In this document: positions 13,201-24,841 of the stretch, in pieces | Layout of the letters: each line of letters begins with the position of its first letter | Position numbering within the stretch: position 1 is the first letter of the stretch | Origin: Raillietiella orientalis | Lineage: Eukaryota | Length of the DNA: 64,000 nt | Direction of reading: 5' to 3' | Assembly (NCBI GenBank): GCA_036172245.1 | Contig: JAYWIR010000018.1 | Coordinates: 2,418,001 to 2,482,000, forward strand | Translations under genes and position numbers: made by a program | Notes under the pieces: model-generated | The model's input: the letters and a program-made list of their open reading frames with translations, nothing else | Databases searched by the model: none | Told to the model about the DNA's origin: nothing

Positions 13201-16200
13201 TGTTTTTCGTGTGTGTGTGTGTCATCGAAAATACCGAACTCCAATTGCTTTTCATGGCCGAACTGCGATAATCAGATAATAATTCCGTGATTGGGATTAT
13301 AACCGCCGGGATCATGACTTTGCGCCGTGACCTGATTAACCCGATCGCATCCTTACATGAAGGTGCATGCTGGGGGAGGGAGGAGTGGGGGGGGGGGAGG
13401 GTTTACTCATTTGAATTTCGTTTTGCAAAAATCCAGAAAATTCGGTGTGCCTTGGAAAGTATGTCCGAAAAGAAAGCTCTGTGCCTGCCTGCTATCTGTA
13501 CCAAATGTTTCGAAATATTGTGTTTGCTTCCTCCCAGATTTCTCGTGCTTCTACGATATATTTTACATGGATTCGTTTGGAGATGGCTTCCGCCAGATAA
13601 CTGTCAAATCTGTAAGTTGCGACTTTTTTTTCCCTCCCCCCCCCTTTCAAATGTGTTTGGTGTGCGTTTCTAACAGCCCCTTGATGCATTCATAACAAAT
13701 CTGACAGAATTGGAGTTGGGAAGTAACTATTCTGTCCGAATTTTCAGCAAGAGCTTCGAAAGCGTTGCCTTGGAAAGCTTACCGTATGAATTTTGGTTTC
13801 TCACGCCGACTTGTTATGAGATTTACAATTACAACTACTCAGTGTGCCGTAAGTGTTTCGTTTTGAAAGATGCTGGGGTACTCACCACCTTAGCTACCTG
13901 CCAACCGCTCCCATTCCACGCCTTCAAATAGCGAAGGAATCCCATTGCATGGCTTAACAGTCTGCTTGTGGCTAAATCACACACTGCTGAGATTAAGCCA
14001 CGACTGAGCTGACCGCGAACCTTAGTGGCGTCAACTTAGCCACAATTCGTTGCTTCCTTGGAAACGAGGATTCGCACCTTTAGTGAACTGTCTCCCACTT
14101 AGCTCCTCTGCTTCCAAGAAACCTGAGAGCGTCCACAAGCTTATTTCGAAATGCATCCTTGGAACTTGTCGTTCTTCAAATTATGTGGGATCCGCCCATC
14201 TTCGAATCGGACCATAACCCCGTCACTTCTTACACGGTGTTGGTTCAGCTGATCGACGTCCTAACGTATCCGTATCTGAACCCATACAAAGAAATCAAAG
14301 ACGTTGAACGAGTATGTTCTTTATTGCTCGTGTTATCCTTTAATCGACTCGATTTTCCTTGCGTGCCATTCATCCACTCTTCGCTTTCAAGATTGCACTG
14401 AATGCGACGTTCGTTCTTCCTGAAAAAGGGTTACAGTATCTCATCCAGGTTACGCCGAACTCCAGCGGGAACATCGGAAAGCATTCCCAACTTTTAGGTA
14501 AATGGTACTTGTAACATTCTGTTCAATTTTATCAGTGTGTGCTTACTGTAATACATCTTCGGTATCGGAAGATGGGCTGTCGATATCCAAGCAAGGTTTG
14601 CGGTCCCCCATTCCTGTAGGGTGATTCCTCCCTTGATCTCCTGCAGATGTCAGTAGGTTCGCCACCTCGTTCGAAAGCATTTTGATCATCAGCGTGGGAA
14701 TCACATTGCTCGTCACTTTCTACGCAGTCAGTTTCGCCGTTTACAGGAAGCATCGGGAGAGGCAGTCGAAGCTGGACAAGGTGAGCCCGGATGGCCCACG
14801 CGCGGGCGAGGAAGGGTGTCCCTCAGACGTCGTTGGCTCCCTTCGTCGCCGGAACTCCGAGCCCGCAGCCGCGCGAAGAGCGCGATGCCTACGAGATCGA
14901 CTTCAACAGCATCCTTCTCGGGGAGATGATCGGAGAAGGTGCATTTGGGATCGTGTACCGCGGAGAAGTGAAAGGAAGAATGGGCAGAGGAGAGAACGTT
15001 TGGCAAAAAGTCGCCGTGAAAATGCTGCGGCGTAAGCAATGCGGAGTAATCCCAAACGCGGTCGGAGCAGAAGTCTCGCAGCCAGTGCTTCCGAGCACGA
15101 GATCCGGAACTTCATCCAGGAGATTCAGTTATTCAAAAACATTGGAGTGCACCCCAACATCGTTAACATAGTGGGAGCATGCACCGTCCCTCAGGTGTCC
15201 TGTCTTGTCATCGAGTTCTGTCCCCTTGGCGATTTGCTCTCTTTTCTAAGAAAGGTTAGGAACGGTTTCGGAATACCGCCTGAACTTTGTCACAGGTCAG
15301 AAACAAACGTCTCGAAGAAGAATGTGCGTACGTGCTGCCATCAAAGGCACCATTATCATACGTGGATCTAGAGCATGGTACATTACATTACATAATGTTT
15401 TTTTTTTTTTTTTTTCCCTTTCCCCGATTCATAAATTTCTGAAGCAAGCCATGGAACATTTTAGAAAACTCTGAGGAGAGCCGGACTGCAAACACTGGCA
15501 GCAAAGCCGCATATCTGAAGATGGTAAACAATCGAATGTATCAGTTTGATACAGGTAAGCGTCGAACTGTTCAAAACATTCCACAGAATGTTCCATTGCA
15601 AAAATATGAAGCTGATGAAACATGCCTGCTTGATGTTTCTGCCAATCAGCTCATATCCATCGGCAGACAAGTTGCTATAGGCATGGTGTGTTATACTAAT
15701 TATCGATACATATACACTTCGCGTTTTTCTCAGGATTACTTATCTAACAACAAGGTCGTGCATCGTGACTTGGCAGCACGGAACATTTTACTTTGTGATA
15801 ATCTGCATGCAAAGATATCTGATTTCGGACTAAGCAGGGACACTTACGAAAATGGAATCTACCAGAACAAACATGCAGGCAAATTCCCGATCAAGTGGAT
15901 GGCTCTTGAATCGTTAACGAGACATGTGTACTCATCTATGAGTGATGTGTATGAGCTTGTCTGAAAAATTTAAAAAACATATTCAGAGTATTACCTAGAT
16001 GGTCATTTGGAATCCTCTTATGGGAAATTGTGACTCTGGGAGCAAATCCATATCCTGGAATGAAATCTCATGAAGTTGTGCAATTTCTAATTGGTGGTCA
16101 GCGAATGACAAAGCCAGGCAACTGCAGTAAACAAATGTAAGTTAATTCATAACTTTTAATGGAATTCACAATAGACAGATATGACATTATGAGAGCCTGC

Positions 16201-16612
16201 TGGCATGTATCACCTAACCATCGACCAACATTTAAAGTGTTGAGTGAACAATTAGACCAGATGCTCCAAGATACTTGCTCCCAAGAGTATCTGTCACTTG
16301 ATCTGCCTCAAATGTGCCCCGTCTCTGATTTCGACATGTCAGTAGGCCAAAATGTAGTGCCTGCTGCATTGTTCTTTCAGGCTTTTGAACACCAGTTTGG
16401 GTCAGCATTCAGCTGAGACCACCCAAAGCAGCTGTCCTTTAGACTCTTGCTCAGGGCGATCCTTTTCTGGAAGTGCATCAGAACTCCGGAATGTATATGA
16501 GCAGGATGATGGAATCATAACCAAATTAAGACAAAATTTTTCTAAATATAAAGTTCCTCGTTATGTGACTGTTCACCCCAAGTGGGCTCTTCCTGGATCA
16601 CAATGTTTCTGA
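1277..16612 (+). CDS. Torso-like receptor tyrosine kinase, multi-exon (signal peptide, Cys-rich box, 3 FN3-like repeats, TM, split TK domain)
   Basis: Phase-consistent GT-AG exons: 1277-1384 (MMILLLVMISALTEVIS...ARCKSFCYSL), optional 1895-1930, 8786-8860, 9110-9154, 9321-9390, 11636-11820, 11966-12092, 12211-12318 (VATLSWEPAN), 13538-13611 (DFSCFYDIF), 13677-13848 (LELGSNYSVRI..FLTPTCYEIYNYNYSVC), 14103-14311, 14392-14497, 14536-14595, 14647-14780 (TM ILIISVGITLLVTFYAVSFAVY then RKHR), 14827-15031 (GEGAFG, VAVK), 15082-15254, 15296-15377, 15465-15523, 15587-15685, 15734-15948 (HRDLAARN, DFG, PIKWMALE), 15999-16136, 16179-16337, 16381-16612. The kinase is certain. Exons upstream of 11636 and Torso orthology are less certain. 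Confidence 0.8.
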
Positions 16613-16667
16613 TGAACATTGGACATGGTGTAAAAACACCAAGATTTCATTGAATAAAATGTGTGAT

Positions 16668-18098
16668 TCAGCCACAAACTGCTTCAGGTCCTAAACGCTT
16701 CAAAAACGAGATTGGAATTCCTGCTTCTAACAGCCTGTGTCTTGAGCAGTAATGGAGGAATGGACAATAATACAACATAGCTTGCCAAGATATTTCTTTT
16801 AAACTTCCCACTGTCAGCCATGCATGATAAACATGATTTGTGCGTGTTCCGTGCTGAACACTATTAACTCCTCCAAAGATGAACATCTGCCCTGCCTTAA
16901 CTGCATAATCACCAGAGAAATACAGACATTAATGACTTACAGGGGTAAGAGTAGCTGAATGGAAGTAGACAGGCAAAGGAAGTGTAGCAGGCAGTCGATA
17001 CCATTGTATAGTGGCCAAGTCAAGTTTCCAAAGATCTGAGAAAATAGTGTTTCCATTGTAACCACCACAGAGGAAAGCACCTGTACAAGATAACAAATGT
17101 TTGCACACCAAGATCAGATTAAACTTACAGCAACCTAATTGCACCACACTGTGACAGCGACGTGCTGCAGGAAACCCTTGTTCTACTGTAGGGTCAGGAA
17201 CAGCCGCAACAACATTCCATACAGACGTATCTACATCAAAGACAGGCAGCTGGTCCAATGGATAACATTCCTCAGCAGTGCCACCACCAAGCATATAAAT
17301 TTTCTTCCCATAACAGGCCAATTCATGACGATACCTGAGCTTACAGTGATGATAAACAAGAATCATTACTCACCGTTCACCAGGCTTATTTTCAGCTTTC
17401 AGGTGATGCCAAGTCAGCATCTTCAAATTCAGTTTGTGGACTTCAGCTGAATACTGAAAACCAGTCGTACCCCCAATAGTGTAAAGATGCAATGATGCTT
17501 GGTCTAATAAAATTGCCTATTAAAAAAAGCATGCAGATCGCATTTTTATCCATGGTAATGGAAATACCTGCCCATACAATGCTGGTGGTAATTGTCCAGC
17601 TACTGGGATACGATTCCACTTCAGGGTTTTCAGATTACAGATATGCAATTTGTTACTGGAATTGTTCCCAAAAGGAATTCCTGTGCCTCCATATACTAGT
17701 ATCCAACTTTTATATAAGACAGCTGCATGAGATGCCAGATGGGATGGCACACATCCCATTATAGGCATTTTCAACCATGTCCTTGTACTCAGATTCAGTT
17801 GCCACAACTGTTAGAATGTAATTAAGGCAACCACCAAATTTAGTCTCACCTCTCTGAACAAGGGCCTACTTTCCCTCCAAAAAGGGTCATCTCGCATTTC
17901 ATCATCTCGAATCTCGGTATGTGGACTGAAACCACCAATTGAATAAAGATAACATTCATTACTGACACAGCGATGTCCACTGCGAGGCTTTGGTGCGGGG
18001 CCTTCAAGGGTATTATTCAGAGTATATGTAAACAAAATATAATTACCTTCTCTGAAATTTAATTTCTCAAATTTCAATGGTATATGTTTATAGATCAT
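16668..18098 (-). CDS. KLHDC10: Kelch domain-containing protein 10 (KLHDC10/slim-like), multi-exon
   Basis: Exons about 18098-18047, 18001-17850, 17807-17568, 17516-17374, 17334-17129, 17080-16941, 16895-16668. Motifs PKPRSGHRCV, RPLFRELWQLN, LASHAAV, YGGTGIPFG, RYRHELA, PAARRCHS, PVYFHSA, SLKEISW match the family as I recall it. Confidence 0.92.
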
Positions 18099-19801
18099 TA
18101 GTTCCTCAGAAGATCAAATTGTCTAGATATTTTTACACTGTATTATGTATATCAAACTGCAATTTGCGACTGGAGTGTTCCTAATTAAGAACTATCCTGA
18201 TATCAATGGATGATCAAATATAAGGTATTTCCTTGCTTATTTGAAAGTGCCCTTGGAACAATGGTACCCTGTCAACATGGTAAGATGTAAGGTAAACAGT
18301 ACATCCAATGGCAATCAATCAAAAGTCAGAAGGAGCACTTAAAAAAAAAATTCTTTTACGGTTACTTAAAATTGTCAGCCGCATAACAGTTTGTTATACA
18401 GTGTGCGTTCCCATTTCGCACGACACTTTCCGCACTTGCGTTAGAGAACACTTCACATACTGGTAAGGCATGCCAAGATCACATTTGATAGTAGCTACGA
18501 ATACAACTGTTTTTGTTTTCTAGTGTAAATAGGCACCTTAAATTTAATCCAAAAAGTCCAAAGCGGTTTAATTTTCCAATCCAAAAAATTATAAATTACA
18601 AAACTAAAAAAAGGTAGAAATTCTGGTGTATCTAAAATGAAATGGATTTTTGCATTCCAAAATTTCTGATTAGATTCTCAGGGATCAAAGCAAGAAAATT
18701 TCGCAGATACTCTAACAGTTTCTTAATAAATGCTAAAATAATACATAAGGTTTATAGAATGAATAAATGTTTGTATTTTAGTGAATTTGTTAAGGATCAT
18801 TGCATCAAAGATAGAACTTAGTATTAAGCTTAGTATTAAGCTAGAACTTAGAATTTAGTATGATCTTTGAGAGATTAATAATAAATTTGTGCATAATTAT
18901 AAGAAAAATTCGAGTTAAATATAACGGAGGAGTATGGATGCATATTTCGCATTGACCAGGGATGAAGAAATTCGTGAAAGAATTTTTTGGAATTCGCTAT
19001 AAGAATTTATGCTTAAAAATCTTTTTTCCTCTGATTAGGAATTTAAGTCGGTTAAACTTATGCATACATAAATATCTATGGAACTATGGATGCAATCTTC
19101 CACAGGGTGCACCTATTCTAATTCACGATTAGAGTTCCCATTAATTTATTCTCTCAATGAATTCCTTCTCTTCCACAACATTATTTTTAATTAATTCTCC
19201 ATTCAAAGTGGTAACGGACAGCGTTTGGAATGGATCACTCTTCACATTAGGAAAAAAATAAGAGTCATGTTTTAAATAAAGACATAAGTGATAATTATCG
19301 ATGCACGACATATGAGAATTTTTTGTTTTTGAAGCACGTTTGAATGGAATCTAACGTAATTACAAACCTAGACAACACGCATTAGGAATGCACTGAAAAA
19401 GTAGTCGATCATTTCATGGATGAAAAACTGCTTTGCTCTTTTCTTACAAAAACGCGAATCACAGGAATGCTTTTCGACGAATGGCACCTCTGCGTCTCCT
19501 CCACTCGAAAGCCTAGCAGATTTCCCGCACTCCGTGTGTGATGCGAAGGGCTGTCCCAGGGAACGGAGGGAGGCCCGCCAGAGAAATTGGAAACGAAATG
19601 CTTGCGAACGTTTAAACTATGCACACAACAGGAGTGTAATGAGATTCTCTTTGTAGTAATGAATTAAGGTTGGGTAGGTTTGAGAATGACTCGAAGAGAA
19701 GCACTCATAGTTTGAAGAAGCAATCTGAAAACATTTCAATTTGGAAGAGTTTTAAGTTTTTTAGCCTCGATGTATGTGGTGAAATAATATACATCTGAGA
19801 C
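18099..19801. promoter_or_regulatory. Putative bidirectional promoter region between divergent KLHDC10 and ACTL6
   Basis: Inferred only from head-to-head start codons 1.7 kb apart and patches of retained CpG. No TSS evidence. Confidence 0.4.
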
Positions 19802-22154
19802 ATGAGTGGTGGAGTATATGGTGGAGGTATGTATGTGTGTTGGCCTAGATCACTAAACGTCAGAGTAATTGACATGGAAATTATTGGCAAGAATTAAATC
19901 ATCGCTACTGAATTAATCAACAGTTAAACGTGTGAAAGTTACTTTTAAATCATGTCAACATCCATGAAAAAATAAGACCATTTGCAAAAATACAAGGCTT
20001 GTGTGATTCAAATGAAATGTATTTCATTGCTATGCATTTGATTTCACCAAAACTTGATAGCATTTACATGTTAACAGTAATTATGCTAAAATGTGGATGT
20101 GAGCTTACTAAAATGGAAATTCTCCCTCATTCATTATATTTCATTTTAGATGAAGTAGGTGCCCTAGTCTTTGATTTTGGCCATTACTCCTTTCGGGCAG
20201 GATATGCAGGAGAAGAGTCACCAAAAGTTAGTAAATGCATCAGTCTTTTGTTACTACATAGCAAAGTTGGAATTTATTAAGTTAAATTAAGATCTTTTGT
20301 TTAAGTTGCTGCTTTTTGTTAGCACAAGATAATTTTATTTTTGAGAGTATTGAATGCATGATGTCTGGATTATCTTATATATCTAGCGGATGAGTTCTGT
20401 TTTCGGCAGTCCAGTGTCAGTACTCTTGTGCATATGCATTGTATCAGAACATAAATAAAAGGTGTGCCAAGTATGTAAGATATGCAGCTCAAGTCTAAAA
20501 ATAAATATTAGTGTGTACATTTTCTTTGTAAATTGATTGTGAGATTTTTGAATAAGTATTAAATTTAACTATGTCACTGTGAAATCATTTCCTTTTATTA
20601 CTCACCTTATACTTGTTTGCATAGTGCAAAGTGACTTTGTTGTTAATGCACATTGTCCTGCAGAAACAATATTTTAAAGAATTATGACACATCTTAGCTA
20701 TTTGTTCTTAGGCAGAGATCCCTTCAGTGGTAGGTGTTAGGGAAGAACTGAATGACATTGCAAAGACAGAGAATGTGAATGGTGAATTGCCTCCATCTGA
20801 TCGCCACTATTATATAGACACTAATGCACTTCACTTTGTCAAATCAGGTCAGTGTTTTCAGTATCCAGAAACTAACATTCATGTATTAGGTATTGAAATT
20901 AGTAGTTTTCTCAAAGATGGTATGATAGAAGATTGGGATGCTTTTGAACAAATCTTAGATTATGTTTATGAGAAGTACATTAAATCAGAATCCCAGTATC
21001 ATCCTGTGCTTATGTCAGAGCCACCTGTAAGCTACATTACTAATTGCACTTGCATCAGTATACTTTCATGTGCTAGTGGAATGTACGCAGCAAACGAGAA
21101 AAACTGACAGAACTTATTTTTGAAAAATATAATGTACCTGCCTTCTTTCTGGTTAAAAATGCTGTTCTAGCAGCATTTGCCAATGGTCGCTCCACTGGAC
21201 TTGTTGTAGATAGTGGTGCTACACACACTTCAGCTGTGCCAGTTCATGATGGTTATGTGCTCACTCAGGGAGTAGTGAAGACGTTTTTGGCAGGAGACTT
21301 TATGACTCTGCAATGTAAACAATACTTTGAGGAACATGGCATTGAACTAGTGCCTCAGTATATGGTTGGTAGCAAAGAAATTGTCAAGGAATTTGAGCCA
21401 GCTCGTTGGACTCCAAAGAGTGGTCTTCCAGAAGTCACAAAGTCATGGCATAATTACATGGTCAAAGTGAGGTAAACACATTTCTTTACATGAGTAACCT
21501 TCTATTTTTCAGGAAGTTCTTCAGGACTTCCAGGCTTCAGTACTACAGGTAGCTGATAGTGGCTATGATGAAGAGTCTATTTCTAATATGCCTCTAGTTC
21601 ACTATGAATTTCCCAATGGTTATCATCAGGTTAGTTTCCTAGATTTGCATTTCTGTATTTGGCCAGGACTTTGGCTTGGAGCGTGTGAAAATTCCTGAGG
21701 CCCTCTTTGATCCAACTAATATCAAAGGCATTGGCAATAGTATGATTAGCGTAGGCCATGTGGTAACCACCAGTGTGGGCATGTGTGACATTGATCTTAG
21801 ACCAGTAAGTTCTTCGCAAATGTATCTGCATGTCTTTCTCTGTAGAGTTTATATGGTAGCATAATTGTAACTGGAGGGAATTCCTTACTACATGGTTTTA
21901 CAGAACGATTGAACAGAGATTTGTCACAGAAAACTCCTCCTGTAAGAGCAGTTCATTTTTTTCATTTTTTAACTCCAATATAAAAGAGCATGCGACTTAA
22001 AGTCATTAGTGCAAATGGTTCCACTGAAAGACGCCTTGGAGCCTGGCTTGGAGGCTCTATTCTTGCCTCTCTTGGATCTTTTCAGCAGATGTGGATTTCC
22101 AAGCAAGAATATGATGATGGTGGAAAGAGTCAAGTTGAAAGAAAGTGTCCATGA
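19802..22154 (+). CDS. ACTL6: Actin-like protein 6 (BAF53/Arp4), multi-exon
   Basis: Exon 1 at 19802-19826 (MSGGVYGG) splices to 20150 ([26 protein letters not shown]). Later motifs: [64 protein letters not shown] with stop at 22154. Confidence 0.96.
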
Positions 22155-24841
22155 AATATACCATGGTGCTGAGCTGTCAGCCAAAATTTCAATGACTGCA
22201 TTATTTGATAGGAGACATAAATAACTGTTAGCTATGCAGTATAATCGAGCAGCAAGATCAGTGATATTTGGAAGTGAAAACTTGAAATTATCTTGCTGTA
22301 TTAGGATTTGTCAAGGATGAATTCTTGGGCTTGGAGTCAAAAGTTCTGCACTTACAACAGTTAAATATATCACACAGCTCTTTTTGCTATCCATAATGTT
22401 AAATTTTATATTCAACCTGCACAAACTATTATAACCTCTGTATCACCACCAAGACTTTCTACAATCCTACATTTCTGTTTCCTTAATTGAAAATCATTTC
22501 AAACTTTCAGTCATTCCATACCAAAAACTTCATCATTATGCAAAGATAGAGACCAATCTGGGTTACGCATATCCTAACTACGTTAAGGATTTTCAGTTAA
22601 CAAATTGCTGCTGCAAGTCTTTCACTCCCTGCAGACACTGATCTTCAACATCTGATACCAAGGTCCCAAACCTTGGTATCAGTTCGAACGCTCCCTGAAA
22701 TTATGGTTTTTTCCCTTAGGATAAGTGCTACTTCCTAACAAACCATCTGCTTGTAAAGATCCACTCTGCACCATTCTCTCAGTGTTCTATTTTGGTCCCA
22801 CTCCTTCAACAGTCAAGGAGCACAGTTCTAAATGATCTTCTCATCTCTAGAGTAACTATAGATTTTTGCAATAACTAAGTTTAGAAGATACTCTTACCCA
22901 ACACAATCTTCCACTCATGCTATCAGTTGAATAGCTAATTTTTAAGCTACTTTAGTGCAGTCAAAATACTGCAGTTAATTACCAATACACAAATGCTATT
23001 CTCCCTATCACCTGTACGAAAATTTTTTTAAGGAATATTTGAAATAAAGCTGTGCCAAATTCCTTATTCTCTCCCTTCAAATAATATTCTCAATCCCTAA
23101 CTCTCACTAATTAAAGCGTCATTTTACATATATTAATTACATTCCATATACATAATAACTTGAAAGTATACCTTGGTATCAAAAACTCTACGAATGGCTA
23201 TCTCTACGCGCATATCTATTTCGATTATCACACATTAATAAAAAACAATTTGTGCTCTCTTTCTTGACATAGAAACAATCCTCAACTCTCTAACATGTGA
23301 GTAAATAAACATCCACTTAATTTTACTGACACAAAAGACCTGTACTTCTAGTACTCCAACTCTACACTTTTTTCAATCCTCTATCACTAGATCAATGCAT
23401 TGCTAAAAAACATCATGTTCTCGAGCGGCAACCGTAACCCGTAATGATACTAGTTCTGGGCTTTTTAATAGTAGGTCATCAGAGGCTGGATGAAAATGAA
23501 ATGCCTTTTTCATGACTAAAACACATTACATATCAGTATGGGAGGCATGCAGCACAATTTTGCATATGCAAAAAAATGAAAATAAACAAGTACTCTATGC
23601 TTACAAGCTTGATTGTCACTGGACTTGATAGATCAACTTCAATGATAATTAACTTTATAACAGATGCCCCTTTTGCAAAACGATACTTCTTGCATATATT
23701 GAAATATGCATAAGTTTACCTTCAGATGGCAAGCAATATAAGTCTAAGAAGAAACTGATTTGCTAATCCTGTACAATTTTCTATTTATTTTTTCCAATTA
23801 GTGATACTCCACATGATGATTAAACCAGATCAATGGTGAAAGGACTTTACAAAAATTGTGGCAAAATGAAGTGCCAAATGCCAGGAGAATTACCGTGTAT
23901 TCACCACATTGGTCCTTGGCAATTCAGATGTAATTTATGAACATGAAACAAGCTGCCACTGCTAACACCACCGTAGTTCATAAATTGTTTTGGTTTTTTC
24001 AAGAACTTCAGAAACTCATTGTTGCTGTTGAAGATGGTGCTCTTTTGTTCAGGAACTTTGAAGAATCTTGATTTTCTTGTTTTCCCCTCAGATTGTGCTG
24101 AAGCAGAACATTCAAAGCTACCCAATTAACATTCATCTTCACAAAGGTATAAGGATTGCTATGTGAAAAAATAGTTTTTTATACATGAAGGTTTCTGTAT
24201 ATTTTTTATGCAGGAACTCAAACCAACATAGAGAATTATATTAACGTCTACATGATCGACCATCAAAAATCGTCTGCATGAATGCAATGCTCACTGCACA
24301 CAGCACGTGAGCCTTCCAGAAAAATCTTTATGCACAAATAAATGTGACAATGCACAAAAGTTGGTAATAGATACTAAATCAAAATCAGCAAAACAAAAGT
24401 GGCCTCAGCAGCTGCGTTATTTTTTTTTTTTAAACAACAGATCGCTGAAAACCTGATAAACATAGAAAACACAAACATGCTTCACAACATAAGTTTGGAG
24501 TAAACTCTTTGCACCTTTGGCACACAATAGACGTAATGTAAGTATTAATTTTATACTTCGAGAATTTCCTCCTAAATTTACACCTAGTTTATTAGGAATA
24601 AAGATAAAATTACGTCTATCATCCCAATGAGTACTGAATGTACAAAAATTCTTTTGGAATTAAAACTATTTTGTCAATCATCAATCCTTGTAATGGGTAC
24701 TTTAGTCAAAAATTCTAGACAGCTGAGTTCCAGGTTAACATAAAAGTCACACTAGCATATAACAGTGTAACTTTTGTGAAAATGTTTTTTCCAGGTTACT
24801 TAACTTCAACAAAAGTTGTTTAAGGGATAGAAAGATTAACA

